A DNA stretch of 64,000 bases from Fimbriosthenelais zetlandica (taxonomy: Eukaryota): assembly GCA_977030845.1 (NCBI GenBank), contig OZ365112.1, forward strand, positions 3,658,001 to 3,722,000, written 5' to 3'. The notes under the pieces were generated by a model. The model did not search any database, had not been told where the DNA came from, and saw nothing but the letters and a program-made list of their open reading frames with translations. Of the stretch, positions 24,358-37,693 are shown one piece after another. Both the position numbers and the translations under genes were made by a program. The stretch's first letter is position 1. Every line of letters begins with the position of its first letter.

Positions 24358-24651
24358 CCCCTGTTGTACAGGGATCCTCGCCAATGGCGAGGGTCGGCGA
24401 GGGCAACCTCGTCCAGCATTTGCTTGTTCAGGTACTGGTATTAACACATTTGGTTGTGAACATTTAGTGGTCGAGCGATTGCATTGTTGAAGTGCTGCTT
24501 TTTTGAAAAAAGTGCTTGGACAACTGCTTGTTATTGCATTGTCCAAGCACTGTTTTCTTAAAAACATTGCTTGGTCAATGCAATCACTCCGCGAGGGTAC
24601 CCTCGCCGATCCCTCGCCATCCTCGCCATGGATTTTATTGTACAACAGGGG
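24358..24651. mobile_element. MITE family C with TIR CCCCTGTTGTACA and ggcgag subterminal repeats
   Basis: CCCCTGTTGTACA at 24358-24370, TGTACAACAGGGG at 24639-24651; inverted ggcgaggg / ccctcgcc blocks; TSD unclear. Confidence 0.8.
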
Positions 24652-25674
24652 GATAGTGAGATGGTCGCTTTAGTGAGTATGTCTTACTGGTGTTAACTGA
24701 ACACATTTGGTTGTGACCATTTAGTGGCCAAATATTGAGATGGCCACTTTAAGTGTTAAATGTGTTTGGTTTTGATCATTTAGTGGTCACATAGTGAGAT
24801 GGTCGTATTAGTGAGATGGTCGGTATAGTGGAACACAACTGTACCATACAGTCCATCCTCCGATACACTATGGCAACACCCAGAGGTGTGAAATGTGATA
24901 AACCCTGAACCGAGACCAAGGTCAAGAGTTCAACTCCAAATTCATCCATCATTCTTTTCATTCCTCATATTATGTTTTTCTTTAAAAATCTTTAATTAAA
25001 CACCTTTGAAGTGAATTTTAATGCTAGAGAGTAAAAGGGTATGTCAGTGAAGGGTGTAGCTTCTTTGAGTTTGTTTGCTTATGGAAAATAACAGAAAAAG
25101 TTGTGTAAATTTGATTTAAAAATGTGATAAGTGAGGAGGGAGTTGTGTAGAAAAAGATCAGATTGTGCCCAGATGATTGATGGTACATTGAAAAGTGTTG
25201 TAAAAAGATCAATGTATGCAGAAATATAGGGACGAACATTTGTAAAGCCTAATTCTGGTTGGTCTCTCCATCTTAGAAGTCTGTATCATACATGAACTAT
25301 TACATTTATTTGAATCGGCCCAAACACCAAAAATAGACTATTTTTTAAACTGTGGATGCCATATACAATAACTTACTATCCTCATGTCCTTTTCCATCAA
25401 CTTGAAATGCATCTCATATGTACTCCTATTGGCTGTGTCAGTGAGAAACTTGAGCTTCGAGGTTGTACAAATTGGAGTCATTATTTTGGTGGCATCATTT
25501 TGGTATGTCGAACAAATTGAATAAATTGGCCGATAAATTCCCTCTCACTCCACCAGTACCTGTCTTCCATTCGCTCCATCCTGATCGTGTCATTTGGGGA
25601 AGTATCTGGGCTAAAAACCGTACACGATCTTTTCCTTGCTAATTAGGCGACTATTTCTAGTGCACTGATCAGGG

Positions 25675-26012
25675 GAGGGAGGGAGGGAGTGAAGAAGGGA
25701 GGGAGGGAGGGAGTGAAGAAGGGAGGGAGGGAGGGAGGGGGGGGGGAGGGAGGGAGGCTGGAGAGAGAGATACAGAGAGAGTCGGAGAGAGAGAGGGAGA
25801 GAAGAGAGACAGATAGAGATATAGGGAGAGAGATACAGAGAGATAGAGAGAGAGAGAAGAGAGAGAGGGAGGGAGGGAGAGGGAAGAGAGAAAGGGAGAG
25901 AGAGAGGGAGAAAGAGATGGCTAAAGAGGGATGCTGGGAGGAGAGGCTGGAGGGAGGGAGGTAGGAGGGGGAGGGAGTGAGGAGGGAGGGGGAGGGAGGG
26001 AGGAGGGAGGGG
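25675..26012. repeat. Polypurine (GGGA)n/(GA)n tract
   Basis: Directly visible; explains the ORFs at 25611-26042 and 25689-25964. Confidence 0.95.
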
Positions 26013-26108
26013 GAGGCGGCTTCTGGGATAGTAGTCTAGCATTTAACTGACCGGCATTGTGAGTGAGTTTTTGAGGCGGAGGCAGACAAACTGCCTTCGT
26101 TAGTTGTG

Positions 26109-26225
26109 ATGTGTTTTGTTGGACGCCCGGGAGTGGATGAGAGTAGAGATGTGAAGGTGTGGACAGGCCCGGGAGAGCCTGCCTGGCACTGTGAGCAACA
26201 CAACCACAAACTGACGGACCACTCA
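26109..26225 (+). CDS. Candidate first coding exon (phase 0), MCFVGRPGVDESRDVKVWTGPGEPAWHCEQHNHKLTDHS
   Basis: GC-rich ORF with two in-frame phase-0 donors: AAG|GTGTGG after 26156 and TCA|GTAATA after 26225. Confidence 0.3.
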
Positions 26226-27704
26226 GTAATAATGCATTCCCAGTTTTGACACTCAATTTTGAACTTTGTTTAGAAAAAGTATTTTCGGGTGGAATGTTCA
26301 GACACATACTTTACAAGACTTTATAATTCATAATAATCCTACAGAAAATTCGTTTTGGAAACACTTTATTTCAAGCTTTACCTTTTGAAAAAGTATTTTC
26401 TGGTGGTCTGTCTGCAATTACTTACTTCCCCAGGGAATCTTCAGTCAAATACTTAGCCTTACAGACATGTAGGTGCAAACCGCAGACTTGTCAATTTCTG
26501 ATTTTTTTTTAAATAGCGCAAAAGACAATGGAAACTAATTCAACATCTACTTCACTAATCTTGCCTTAGACATTATATCTTTTGCAACATTAAAGTCTTA
26601 CACTGTTAATTCAGTCCCAAGAGTGTCGCATTGTTTGACTCCACACTTCAATTTCAAGAACATAAGTTAATCCCAAAGCTTTATCATTGTCTTGGGATAG
26701 ATATAAGTTGGTAGGAAAAGGCCTAGGTACTGGACACCAAATTAATCCCCCTTAAACCTTAAGCCATAATCAATGAACAGTCCTATCTCTACACAAAGAC
26801 CGGGAGAAGATCTCCCATCAGTTCAGTTCCATATAACTCTCATTCTACAGACATTGACAAACACAAATCCTGCCCCCAACCAAACTGACAACAACCCTTA
26901 CTACTACCACCAGAGGCGCCACTAACTGTCACAGGGGGAGAGGGAGGAATGTGCATGACACGCATGCGTGGTGTGAGGACGCTGGAGGGACCCTAGTGAC
27001 ATACTCATGACACATGCTTCCCATGCTAACAGATGTCATCCATGGAGTCTAATATCTCCGGCTTAAGCTAAAGAACCATCCTCCATACCTTTGGATATGC
27101 ACCTTTAAACATGCGAGAGTGCCAGGATTTTCCTGTTCGCATGGATCAGACTTTCAGTGGTTGGTGCATCATTATGATTACATGAGGTTATAGCCATGGA
27201 CTAATTAACACTGAGAGCTTCTATTAATATAATTAATCACAGAAGCTTCGTCTTTGATTCAAGTTCCATTGAAACTTTGATCCTCTGGAACTATTTTCTT
27301 CCTATGGGATATCCTAAACATGACAGTCATTCAATGCTTAAGTGATTTAATAACCCTTCATTTTCACAAGATTTTATTTTAACTTTTAAAATCAGTGAAA
27401 TGTTTATTCAAGCATAACACCCTAAAACCCCAAAATATAACATTTTACATCCGTATGATTGGGATTTGTGGGTTTCATGGATTAATGAAATATTGGGTAA
27501 AAATACATCATAGGATTAAATGAATACAGAAAGGATAATCTGAAAGATAAGTCGCAATTGGGGAAGTGTGAATGGACCATTGTCTTCCAAAGAGGGATGT
27601 TGATTCTGCGTGTCCAATACCATCATTGCATTGTTAATGCCTTGGAACACAAGCAGAAAAGAGGAAAACAAACTGTGAATTGTTGACAGGCCATAGATTT
27701 AGAT

Positions 27705-27848
27705 ATGGACCGTGCCATCGTTATTGTTAGTCCCTGTCAGTGCCATATGGGTCACATGTTTCAATATTTATCAACTAGCATCCCTGCAAACATCTGTTTC
27801 CCAAACCTCAAAGAGACGACGTCTGTGATTGGACAAACCAATTCCAAG
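27705..27848 (+). CDS. Candidate first coding exon (phase 0), MDRAIVIVSPCQCHMGHMFQYLSTSIPANICFPNLKETTSVIGQTNSK
   Basis: 48 codons, donor AAG|GTGACA (moderate). Confidence 0.3.
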
Positions 27849-27882
27849 GTGACACCGCGCATACCAACCCGAACCAGCAACC

Positions 27883-28044
27883 GTTGCTAAGGTCAACTCT
27901 CGGTTGCTAGGGCGAGGATTTGGTTTCTAGGGTCACTTGGATACCCCAGGGGTCGTGTGGAGAGAAAGGGATGGATTTATGGGTTGTCTGGAGCCATATG
28001 GCACCGGAGGAGACCCGCCAAAAGAAGGTTGTTGCCATAGAAAC
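27883..28044. promoter_or_regulatory. Cluster of RFX X-box motifs (probable promoter)
   Basis: GTTGCTAAGGTCAAC (27883), GTTGCTAGGGCGAG (27903), GTTTCTAGGGTCAC (27923) and GTTGCCATAGAAAC (28031), against consensus GTYNCYATRGNAAC; CCAAT-type motif gattgg upstream. Confidence 0.6.
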
Positions 28045-28296
28045 CTAAGACTGGGAGTGGCAAGTCTTGAAGACGGGGGGTCAAGTGGAGGAAGCTTCCT
28101 AACTGACTATTGCTTCATTCTTAGATAACAAGAATAATATTCCCCAAGAGTAGCCCCAGAAATAAACCCTTTAGATAAAATCAAGATTTTATCTTATGAA
28201 AATAACTGCGAAATCATGATACAAAGTTGAAGTTTTTTGTATGAATGATTCATAGTTGAAGTTGGATAAGACACAGGGAGTTACAAAAAGGTTAAG

Positions 28297-28389
28297 ATGG
28301 GGTCCTCTCCAGGAGATAACCCTGGAGGAAGGAGTGGGGGACCGGATGAGGGAGAGGAGAGGGCATGGGGATCAACTCAAAAACCTCCA
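28297..28389 (+). CDS. Alternative first coding exon (phase 0), MGSSPGDNPGGRSGGPDEGEERAWGSTQKPP
   Basis: aagATGG context, 31 codons, donor CCA|GTGAGT; lies downstream of the X-box cluster. Confidence 0.5.
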
Positions 28390-28722
28390 GTGAGTGAGTG
28401 AGTGAGTGAGCGTCCCAGTATCGTCTACTCCAGTTCCCTGTTAAACATTGGTCAGATCTGGAGGTGGCAGACTCCAGGAAAGTTGGGTTTGGGGTAAACT
28501 ATTATATCTACAACCCTGGAGGAACCTGCGTGGATGCCCCATAGATTATATTTCAATCAATTATGCACCTTGGAATACACAGGACAATGTATTGGAATCT
28601 TTACTATTGAACTTTACCTAAACTGATATGGCCCATTGGGGTTTGGATCACAGAATGAACCCATAATTTTAGGGTATTTAAAAAGAAATAATTGTAAGAT
28701 ATATCTTTGAAATATAATCAAA

Positions 28723-28821
28723 ATGACAACGAGTAGTCCTTGGAGAGTTTACAAACCAGATTTTCATCTGGACTACGTCATACCTGACACTTCTTTAAAA
28801 CGTCGTTTTCTGCAACTTCAG
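28723..28821 (+). CDS. Alternative first coding exon (phase 0), MTTSSPWRVYKPDFHLDYVIPDTSLKRRFLQLQ
   Basis: 33 codons ending at perfect donor CAG|GTGAGT. Confidence 0.65.
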
Positions 28822-29426
28822 GTGAGTTTTTGAAAAGAAAAAATCAATTTTTTGAAGAAACAGCAAAGTTTGAACAAAACCAAGTTAGTCCGTACTTTGA
28901 ATGGACAATAAGAAACAAAAACAAGAAATAGTCAAAATAACTGGAATATTTTATTTGAATTCGATTCAATTAATAAGTAATCCATTGCATTTATAAGTAA
29001 TTGATTGCATTTTTTTTTCTTTTGATGAAGGTGTCAATCATGAAAGTGTTTGTCATCTTGCATGTGAACTATCTATCTATCATGAAGCATGTATGTACAT
29101 GATGTACATATGAGATGGTATCCATGTTAAGCGAGGAACCACTCTCAAATTAGTTTTAGTTTTTTGTAATATTTAATGATTTATATCTATCTGTCACGTT
29201 GGTCTATTGTTAAGTCACTTGTTCTAGTACAGCACGCTATCTGATCATTGAAATAGTTATATCTCATATCTATCTATTTATCACACGTGTTGTATATGCC
29301 ATACATCATATAGAACCATGTATACATACAACAGTGCATCTTCTCCAGCTATTTATATTGGATGGTTGCTATTCCTGCCAGGGACAGTATATATAGGGAC
29401 TATTTATAGGCCTAGACAGCCCGAGT

Positions 29427-29717
29427 ATTCCTACACACTCTTGTCATAACTCCATTATGGATTCCCCGGGATGCAGTCCCAACGGACGCTATTTTCTGAT
29501 GTTGGCTAAAAGTTTGCAAACTTGGAAAGTCTGCATTGGAAGTGTTCCTTTATATAATAAATATTTCAAAATAGATCTGAAATATAATCAAAAGGGCCAA
29601 ATTCCTATACACTCTTGTCATAACTCCGTTATGCAGCAGTCCCAATGGACGCTATTTTTTCTGAAGTTGGCTAAAAGTTTGCAGACTTGGAAAGTCTGCA
29701 TGGGAAGTGTCCCTTTA
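29427..29717 (+). repeat. Local direct duplication of ~120 bp (29427-29552 and 29601-29717)
   Basis: attccta.acactcttgtcataactcc ... ggctaaaagtttgca.acttggaaagtctgcat.ggaagtgt occurs twice. Confidence 0.9.
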
Positions 29718-30333
29718 ACAATGGGGTCTGTTTCATAACAATACATTAGTAGTGCGTCTTTGTTTTAAAATGGGCTACTGATGGGATTTCAATGGGTTAA
29801 AAGCGATGCCTTGTCTTCTTTGCCTCACTGTTGGTTCTTCTTTGACTTATAGACTTATAAATTGCACATACTTCTTTGACATACAAATTGCAGTTCCATT
29901 AAGTCAAAACTTTACATATCGATAGACAAAACGTGTCTCTGCCTGCATACATGGGATTTGCGACTATAAAATGCCTACGGAAGTAGACGCGGGCCTTTAG
30001 AGAGGTATAGTCGTTATGAGACAACTATATGTTGGGAAGGAACAGCAGAAAGATTCATAATATAAGTCATTTAGAGTTGTGAATGAACACATGTTATCCA
30101 CATGTTTCCCATGTAAGCGTTGATGACCTGAGAGTAGGTGCAGGAGACATGTAAGATGACAGTCAAGGCGGAAGGAGCTGTCATGACCGCTGGACACATT
30201 CCAACACGGCGGGGCGTGTGAAAATCATCACAAACTCATGAAAAATGGCAGATTGGCGCCAAAAATTGCCTTCCATAGCTGCGTTGCACAACACTGCTTT
30301 AGCTTTTGGTTGTACAATGGCTTGATACAGTAA

Positions 30334-30478
30334 AGCTAGGTTTCCATATGTGCGGATACGGCTGCGTTCATTTATATTAATTTCTACAGGCCATCCGCAT
30401 CAGCACATATGGAATCAGGACTATATAAATCAATGTAAATGATTTTTTTCCGAATCCGCACATAAGGAAAAGTTAGCT
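30334..30478. mobile_element. PIF/Harbinger-like MITE family H
   Basis: AGCTAGGTTTCCATATGTGCGGAT ... ATCCGCACATAAGGAAAAGTTAGCT; TSD TAA/TAA. Confidence 0.75.
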
Positions 30479-30829
30479 TAAGACAGTTTGTCCTTAATGC
30501 TGTACCCCTTAAGCCATGTATCCACTGAGCAATTTCCTTGCCATGAGCCCTATATCAATCGGCCTTTCAGTTGTTCATGAGAAATTCCCAAACAGCAGGG
30601 TGTGACACAATTTAATGAAAAATGGGAGATTGACGACGACAATTGTCATATTGCAGTTTTAAGTCCCATTTCCACTGAACTGTTTTCTTAACGTATGCCT
30701 GCATCATTCAGCCAGTTGGTTGTCCATGATCAGTTAATAAACCATCAAAAGTCATGGGAACGGCTTACTGGACCTGGGCCTTTTATTTCCCATGCCATAG
30801 GCCTGGGGCCATTCACCTTCACACTATGT

Positions 30830-31124
30830 GTGTGGAAGGTCGCCGGTTCGAACCGCGGCCGGGTCATACCAAAGACTGACAAAATGGGACTAGTGGCTCC
30901 CTCGCTTGGTACTCAGCAAAAAGAGGACAGTACTAGGACTGGTCAACCCGGTGTCAGTATAATGTGACTGGGTGAGATATCATGTCATGTGCCTGCGACA
31001 TGATACCTCAGTGAGGCAGCACTATAAAAGAGCATAGAGCTCACTGTCACAAGTATAGCACCGTCATGATATAACTGAAAAATTGTTGAAAGTGACGTTA
31101 AACCCCATTCAATCCAATCCAATC
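30830..31124 (+). mobile_element. 5'-truncated tRNA-derived SINE with Meta/MESC- and Nin-like central domains
   Basis: B box GGTTCGAACC (30845-30854), then gggtcataccaaagact...ggtactcagc, then ggtgtcagtataatgtgactgggtg...ggcagcactataaa, tail ttaaaccccattcaat(ccaat)n. Domain names are from recall of published invertebrate SINEs, not a search. Confidence 0.75.
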
Positions 31125-34100
31125 TTTCACACTATGCCTTGTAGTGTGTACCTGCCCTATAACTATTGTATTTATATCTTCTCCAGGGTATTATCTTCCC
31201 TCCTCACCCCCCCCCCCCACCCCTGGTGTCCCTGTTTCCCACCAAGTATCAAATATAACCAAGAAATTGACGTATCAGTGGCGAAGACTCCCTTCATATT
31301 GCCCCTACTGATTGATAGAGGTTTTTTGTTTCCAAGATAGTGCAATATATGAACTGCTTCTTTCAGGCTTCTTCTTTCAGGATGATAATGAATTTTCGCA
31401 ACTAATATTAGGATCTTGTCATTTTATGAAACGTCTTCTTGGTTTATGCAACGTAATAGGCTATCCCATTTATCCTGAATATGCCTGGACCTTACTAATG
31501 AGATAGTTTGACTGGATTTTCTATCACAACTGGCGCAAGTCTAACTGCACTAGCAGGAGCTTGATATTTGCCAGGGGTGTCTTTATAGGCATGTGTACAA
31601 CTGTGCACTGGCCTATGGTTGATAATGAGCTCTAATTGCGAGTGGAAGATATCGCAGTTGAGGCCGTAGAAAAGTCTGTCACAAGGGCTCGCCTCAGCAT
31701 CGCAACAATCGCAAAGCAATAGGTACCCTATTAAGGAGTTGGATTATCGAACCAACTTAAATTTGACTACCTATCTAAGAAGCCCATAATGGCATTTCAT
31801 ACGCGATTTTTACATAGAAGAAGCTGCATCCGTTTGAAGGCCCATTTATTAATTAATTACTAGTCCATAATTGCTAAATATTTATAAACCAATGGGGAAA
31901 ACACTGACTCTTTAAACTCTGGGAAATGCCAGGTGATTGTAAACTCCGTTTAAAAATTAACCTAGGTGTCATAAAAATACATGGATGGCTATCTCTCCCT
32001 CCATCGGTGATAAGCTTATTCCAGTATTAGTCACTGTCTACTGATCACTGCAAGTTTCTGGAGCGTGAACAACATGAAAAACACATGAGCTGAACTTTCA
32101 TTGTTGGATCTATGTTTTAAGACTTTTGTCACTGCCAGTTTTCATATCATGTGTCATCAGGCAACTGGGGAATTCCTGTCATAATAAATGGTTGTAGTTC
32201 TAAATTTATTTGCCTTACAAAGATATAGACAATCAAATTTTAAAAGGACTCATGGGGGCATTGTATGCCTTAGAAAATATTAAGATAAATAAAAAATTCC
32301 ACATAATAATATAGTCATATAATGTATAGATAGAAACAAATCAGATATAGATTGGCATTCATGTTCTATATAATCATTGTCAATACTGCCTATACTGGCA
32401 TAGTCAGGACTAGTATCCATGCACGCTCCATAAAAAAACCCACCCACGTACGGTATCCGACTAAATCAACATGATTAAAATCACTGACGTGGATCTTAAT
32501 GTGTATCACGAAATATCCAACAAAAAACCTCATCAAATGTCCATAAAATGTTCAATGTAGTTTGACGATGATCGAAATGCGTCAACTCCAGGGGTTGTTT
32601 CACAAAAATCCATAGACCTAAACTTGGTTTATTGATCAAACTTTTTTCCTTAATAATCCCTGTGAAAAGGGAGAAAGGGTGTGGGGTAAAGCTTTTTGGC
32701 GAAAGAAATTATTATCTCAGACACACAAAAGTTGGGGTCCATTGGCATTGCTGTGTCGGTCCCTGGGATATTATTTTTTCTTGTACAATCCCCATTGAAA
32801 GATTCATACATTTAGTCTCAAATATAATAATACTCGCGATTACCCATCCCATTTATCTATCCACAAAGATGAAAAACAACCAAAAAACAAAATGAAAAAT
32901 TTGATACTACTTCCCAAACACTTATCGGCACTCCAATCTTTTCCCGTATTGTACATTTATCAGTATGTGTAACCTTGTGTATAGTTCTAGTTGAATTTAT
33001 GATGGGATCATATAGTTGTACTTGTGTGTATGGTCTATCTATATTTTATTACCTTATTTCTAATTCATATATTGTACATGTGCTCACATGCAAGTCATGG
33101 ATATTGACGTGCATGTATTCAGACCAATCAATGGTAGAACGAGTCCTACATTGGACGTGTTTAGAAACAACACTTCATGATTGTTCACATTTGTTCACTC
33201 ATACCCATAGACTTCCATGTATATTTTATCCACATTTTTTCTCCTGAATGTATGGGATTTAGGAGACTCTTCCTCTAGGAGGGATACAGTGGAGGATACA
33301 AGGTTAAGATATAATTGGATTATCACGATCGAAGGAGGATTAAGGAGCTCATCTTGATGATTTAATCCTACCAGTAGCCTTACCTCGGAGGATTAGCTCC
33401 CCTACATATTATATATCCCATACAGCTAGGAGTATGAAAACACTTTGAACGAAGCTATAAGGAAACAAGTACATCTTGTTAAAAAACAGACGATCATTTG
33501 TCTCTCTTCTTAGAAAGAAGGATAATTAACTCTCGAAGGAGACTGTTGGATTGTTATGCACCTTGCACTCCATATCCAGGTGTGTCTGTGGGATCGCAGC
33601 CATAGATGCTTAAAGGTGTTTGGCAGGTGTAAGCCTAGGAGCTGTCCCTACATTAATTGTCGCAGTCAACACCACTAGAGGAACTAACCCAACCTGGAGC
33701 AACGAATTTGGCATCAATCCATATACCTCCTAATCCAAACAAAACATAATTGAAATACAAAGGAATCGTACTCAATATGTTATGGTCGATATATGTTATG
33801 AACCATATATGATCCTGTTGGAAGGTAGTATACCTTCTGTTCACACCTGGGTCATACCTGGGTCATATCTAATTAGTATACAGCTGATTGTAGTTAAGTG
33901 AGGGTGGGAGGGGGACCTACCCTACCTGGACACTACTATGATGATCACCTTCAAGGCATACACATGTCCTGAATGTTAAGTATACGAAAATACAGGTCGA
34001 TGTCCAGTTTACTACTGACCATTGGCCGGTTGAGATCATAATCTTGGGGACTTTCATAGCATTGGAATAATGCATAGTTCTAAATGCATGGAACTGGGTT

Positions 34101-34485
34101 TCATAGACTTTATCAATTTCATTGGAATAATGCATGGTCAGTGTTAAATGCATGGAACTTTGATATACCAGATTCTCTGATGGTCAGTGTATACTACTGG
34201 TCAAGCACGCTGGACATTGGTTGTGGTCAAGTATCATAGTGAGGTATACGATGTCAGGAATTGGACATGGAATCAATCCTTTCTATGTCATTGTTTAACA
34301 TCATTGTTCATGCTTTAAACGTCATGGATTTATCAAGGATTTTTTTAGCATTTCCATGGAACTGAACTCAACTGATTCTCAATCATAACTTCCCCAAACC
34401 TTCAACTATTGAATTATATTTATTGTTCATCTGTACTGAAATCCACAGGAATTTAATGATTAAATGCTGAAATCAGTTTTAATTA

Positions 34486-34702
34486 GATACTTCATGGAAA
34501 ACTGATATTGATACTTTAGATACTTCATGGAAAACTGATATTGATACTTTAGATACTTCATGGAAAACTGATAGATACTTTAGATACTTCATGGAAAACT
34601 GATATTGATACTTTAGATACTTTATGGAAAACTGATATTGATACTTTAGATACTTTATGGAAAACTGATAGATACTTTAGATACTTCATGGAAAACTGAT
34701 AT
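34486..34702. repeat. 31/33-bp minisatellite (~7 copies)
   Basis: Unit GATACTTCATGGAAAACTGATA(TT)GATACTTTA. Confidence 0.95.
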
Positions 34703-36082
34703 CCCTAAAGCTGAAAGTAACCCAGAATATCAGCAAAGGTTGTCAGATAATTGGCTGTGAATGAATCGACGACCTCGTGAATATTGTATGCATCAGTAAC
34801 TGGCCTAACCTTGGCACTGCCTCACTCCAGGCACAACATGGCCAATATGACGGTTACCAATTTAACCTTCTCCTCCCATCTTCATATCTATACCGCATGA
34901 TTCCTATTAATACAGGAGCAGGTCTATATCGATCTCTTTCCGAATATGGACTCCATAATATGATACACCTAACATGCAAGGGTATTGCCTGGCAATTGTT
35001 TTCTTCAAATCTCAAAAAATAACATCCAGATTTTCATCTTACAATGACGTCTTACCAATGACGTCCAGGAAATCCAGGGCCCAAATACTTGCTTTTTAAT
35101 TAAATGAATCTGTATCCATCCTTCGAACATGCAATTTTATTCATGATTCGTTTCTTCATTCTGGAATTGCATAACGTTGTCAAATAGTACACCAATGTTA
35201 TGTTATGAACTTCAGAGTAAACACCGAAGACCTCAAGGGAATCATTGTTACTGAGTGTTACATCTAATTGAGTGACCGACTATGTCGTTTGACTGAAGAG
35301 TTAGACCCAATAAAGCCTTGAAAGTTGAAAGGTGTGTCTTTATTTAGACAGCGGGGCTGAAAAATCAATATGCACCTTTAACATTGAACCCCGTGCATGT
35401 GATGAAAATAAGAGCACAGTATAGGAGATATCAGCAGTTAGAAGTCAAAGGTACTGTATAGGAGATAGGAGATGATAGGGCTGATTGTGATGCTGCTGCA
35501 GCATCCATGTATGCACCATCAACCTATAGGTAACCCTATCTGAGACACATGCACGGCCACCTGTGCATTGCTGCAGTGCACTTGGGCTACACGCACCTCG
35601 GACTTGCATTACTGATGCATTATATAGATCTTAGCACCTATTTTTTACCTCAAAGGTAGGGAAAGAACCAGGTAGCGTTCCGACAGTAGGAGACATTATT
35701 AGCACACAGTACACTACCTGTGAAGACTTACCTGTGAATGTGTCAAGGAAAAGACTACACCCACCCGCTCTCAGGGATTATTAGGATTTGATTCAACCAC
35801 AGGAATGTACCAGTATTTAAACAGATAATCCTCAATAATGGTTTTTTGTGTATTTACCTATATGTCACCTCACTGAGAGACATGCCTGTGATTCCTTGGA
35901 GCAAGTACACATATGTGTTCATGGCAGCTGAAGAAATGGAGATATAAATTGATCACACATATTTGGATGCAGTGAATAAGATGTTATCCGCTTGAGTCAG
36001 GAGTCATGGGGTGCATTTCCCTGTCCATACATATCTGGACTGTAATCGTGCTAATTTCCTAGAGCACAACAACAAGCAGAGC

Positions 36083-36778
36083 ATGGAAAAGGTACCCAAT
36101 GATAAAAGGCCCACCCTGGGGATGAAGGGGGTCACTGGGGGGCTTTCTCCCTGCCCCACCCCCACTACAACCCCCCTCTCCCCACGACCTTACATAAAAC
36201 CATCAACCCTCCTCTGTCCCACTCATTCATACGAACCCGAACGATTCCCTTTCCCGACGAAATCGGAATCAAAATCCTACCTAAAATCCCCAAGGAGTCA
36301 AAGACATGGGAAGAACCAATTACCCCTGCCATCCCCTGCTTCTCCAGTGAGTCCCATAAGGGGTTCACTGTCACCTTCCCCTAGCAGATCCCCGGAGGGA
36401 TACACATGTACCCCACCAGGTACCCCTCCATGTACCCGGGATACTGGTCAGGAGGGATCTGATGTGCCTTCAATCACTATAGAGGTGGACAGTGGCGAGG
36501 ATGACCAGGATCCAGAGATCCTGTCCATAAATGAACCACCCCTGGAGTTGGAATCACCGGGGACGCATCTAAAGGTACCTGAAGTGACACTTGTCCTACC
36601 AGCAGTCACTCTGGAGGTACCCAGGAGGAGTAACGAAGACCCAGGACCAAGACTTAGTAATCCTTTTGATAAGAAAAGAAGCATGTCGGACGGTGGGGCC
36701 TATCATAGGCCTATCTTCAGATCACATTCAGCTAGAGGGCCTAAGGATATACCTTTTGTGATCATCACTAAATGCAAG
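36083..36778 (+). CDS. Large alternative first coding exon (phase 0), 232-aa Pro/Ser-rich, probably disordered N-terminus, MEKVPNDKRPTLGMKG...RSHSARGPKDIPFVIITKCK
   Basis: Longest non-repetitive ORF in the window (36011-36844); agcATGG start; donor AAG|GTAATA; many SP/TP and KRSMS/RSHS motifs; composition turns AT-rich after the donor. Confidence 0.78.
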
Positions 36779-37428
36779 GTAATAATGATTGATATTATCC
36801 TCTGGCTATATAGATGCATACAATATGGAAATGCATCTATATGACATCTATAGATATCCATATAGGTCTTTACTCTGGATCTTTGCTCCATTCATTACCT
36901 TCTTGTCCATCCTACTTTCATTATTTTCTGATATTTATTTTCCATTTCATCTGCGTCTGCATCTCTTCATTATAGTTACATAAAACCTTCGGGCAGTTTA
37001 ATCATTTTTTTTCATGAGTATGTGATGCAACTGACACTCCCTTGTACGTCATTTTCAATTTCTATGGAAACAAATTGTTATTAGGATTGAATAGATTTTG
37101 CTCAGATTTCCTTATGCATTCATAGTAGGTGTGGTTATTCAATTGCAAATCGATCACGAATGCAATTTGTCCCGTTATAAGAGACTACAGCTGTGTACAT
37201 CATGTCTATCTCTTATTGAATTGGAATCTAGTTTCATATTAATATGTAACTGTAACTTGATGTATTGTTATTCGGGGTTATTTTAGTCTATCTGTTGCGT
37301 GAGGAGCATAAAAAGAAGACTAGGGTCATGTTACTTTTAACCTTTTGACATTTTAATGCAGCCTGATGTTTTTACTTAGCGAACACGTCTGAAAAACACG
37401 ACGAACAAGTCGTGTTTTTACTTTTGAC

Positions 37429-37449
37429 ATGGAATACACCTTTGTAAAG
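37429..37449 (+). CDS. Candidate micro first exon (phase 0), MEYTFVK
   Basis: gacATGG context, donor AAG|GTATGG; very short. Confidence 0.25.
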
Positions 37450-37643
37450 GTATGGGAGAACATGGAGTATAAATTAGGTTTTACCTGCCTCCATTCTCAA
37501 TCACTCATCTTTGGGGCAACAGGAACGTTTCAATCTCCACAGGCACAGCTGGGGCTTGTCTATGGGGTAGGGGTTTCCCTAAACCCCCCCCCCCCCCCTC
37601 CCCCCTTACATCCCTGGTACCCTTGGATAACTCAAATCTCGCC

Positions 37644-37693
37644 ATGACTCACCTGACTACGTGAGATCTCGCGAGAACAGGGTATCGCACGTG
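37644..37693. promoter_or_regulatory. CpG-rich promoter-like motif cluster
   Basis: TGACTCA (AP-1), palindromic TCTCGCGAGA (37667-37676) and CACGTG (37688-37693) within 50 bp. Confidence 0.45.

Noticed and set aside
24181-24645. 154-aa minus-strand ORF
   Set aside because: Coincides with the family C MITE; no transposase motifs.
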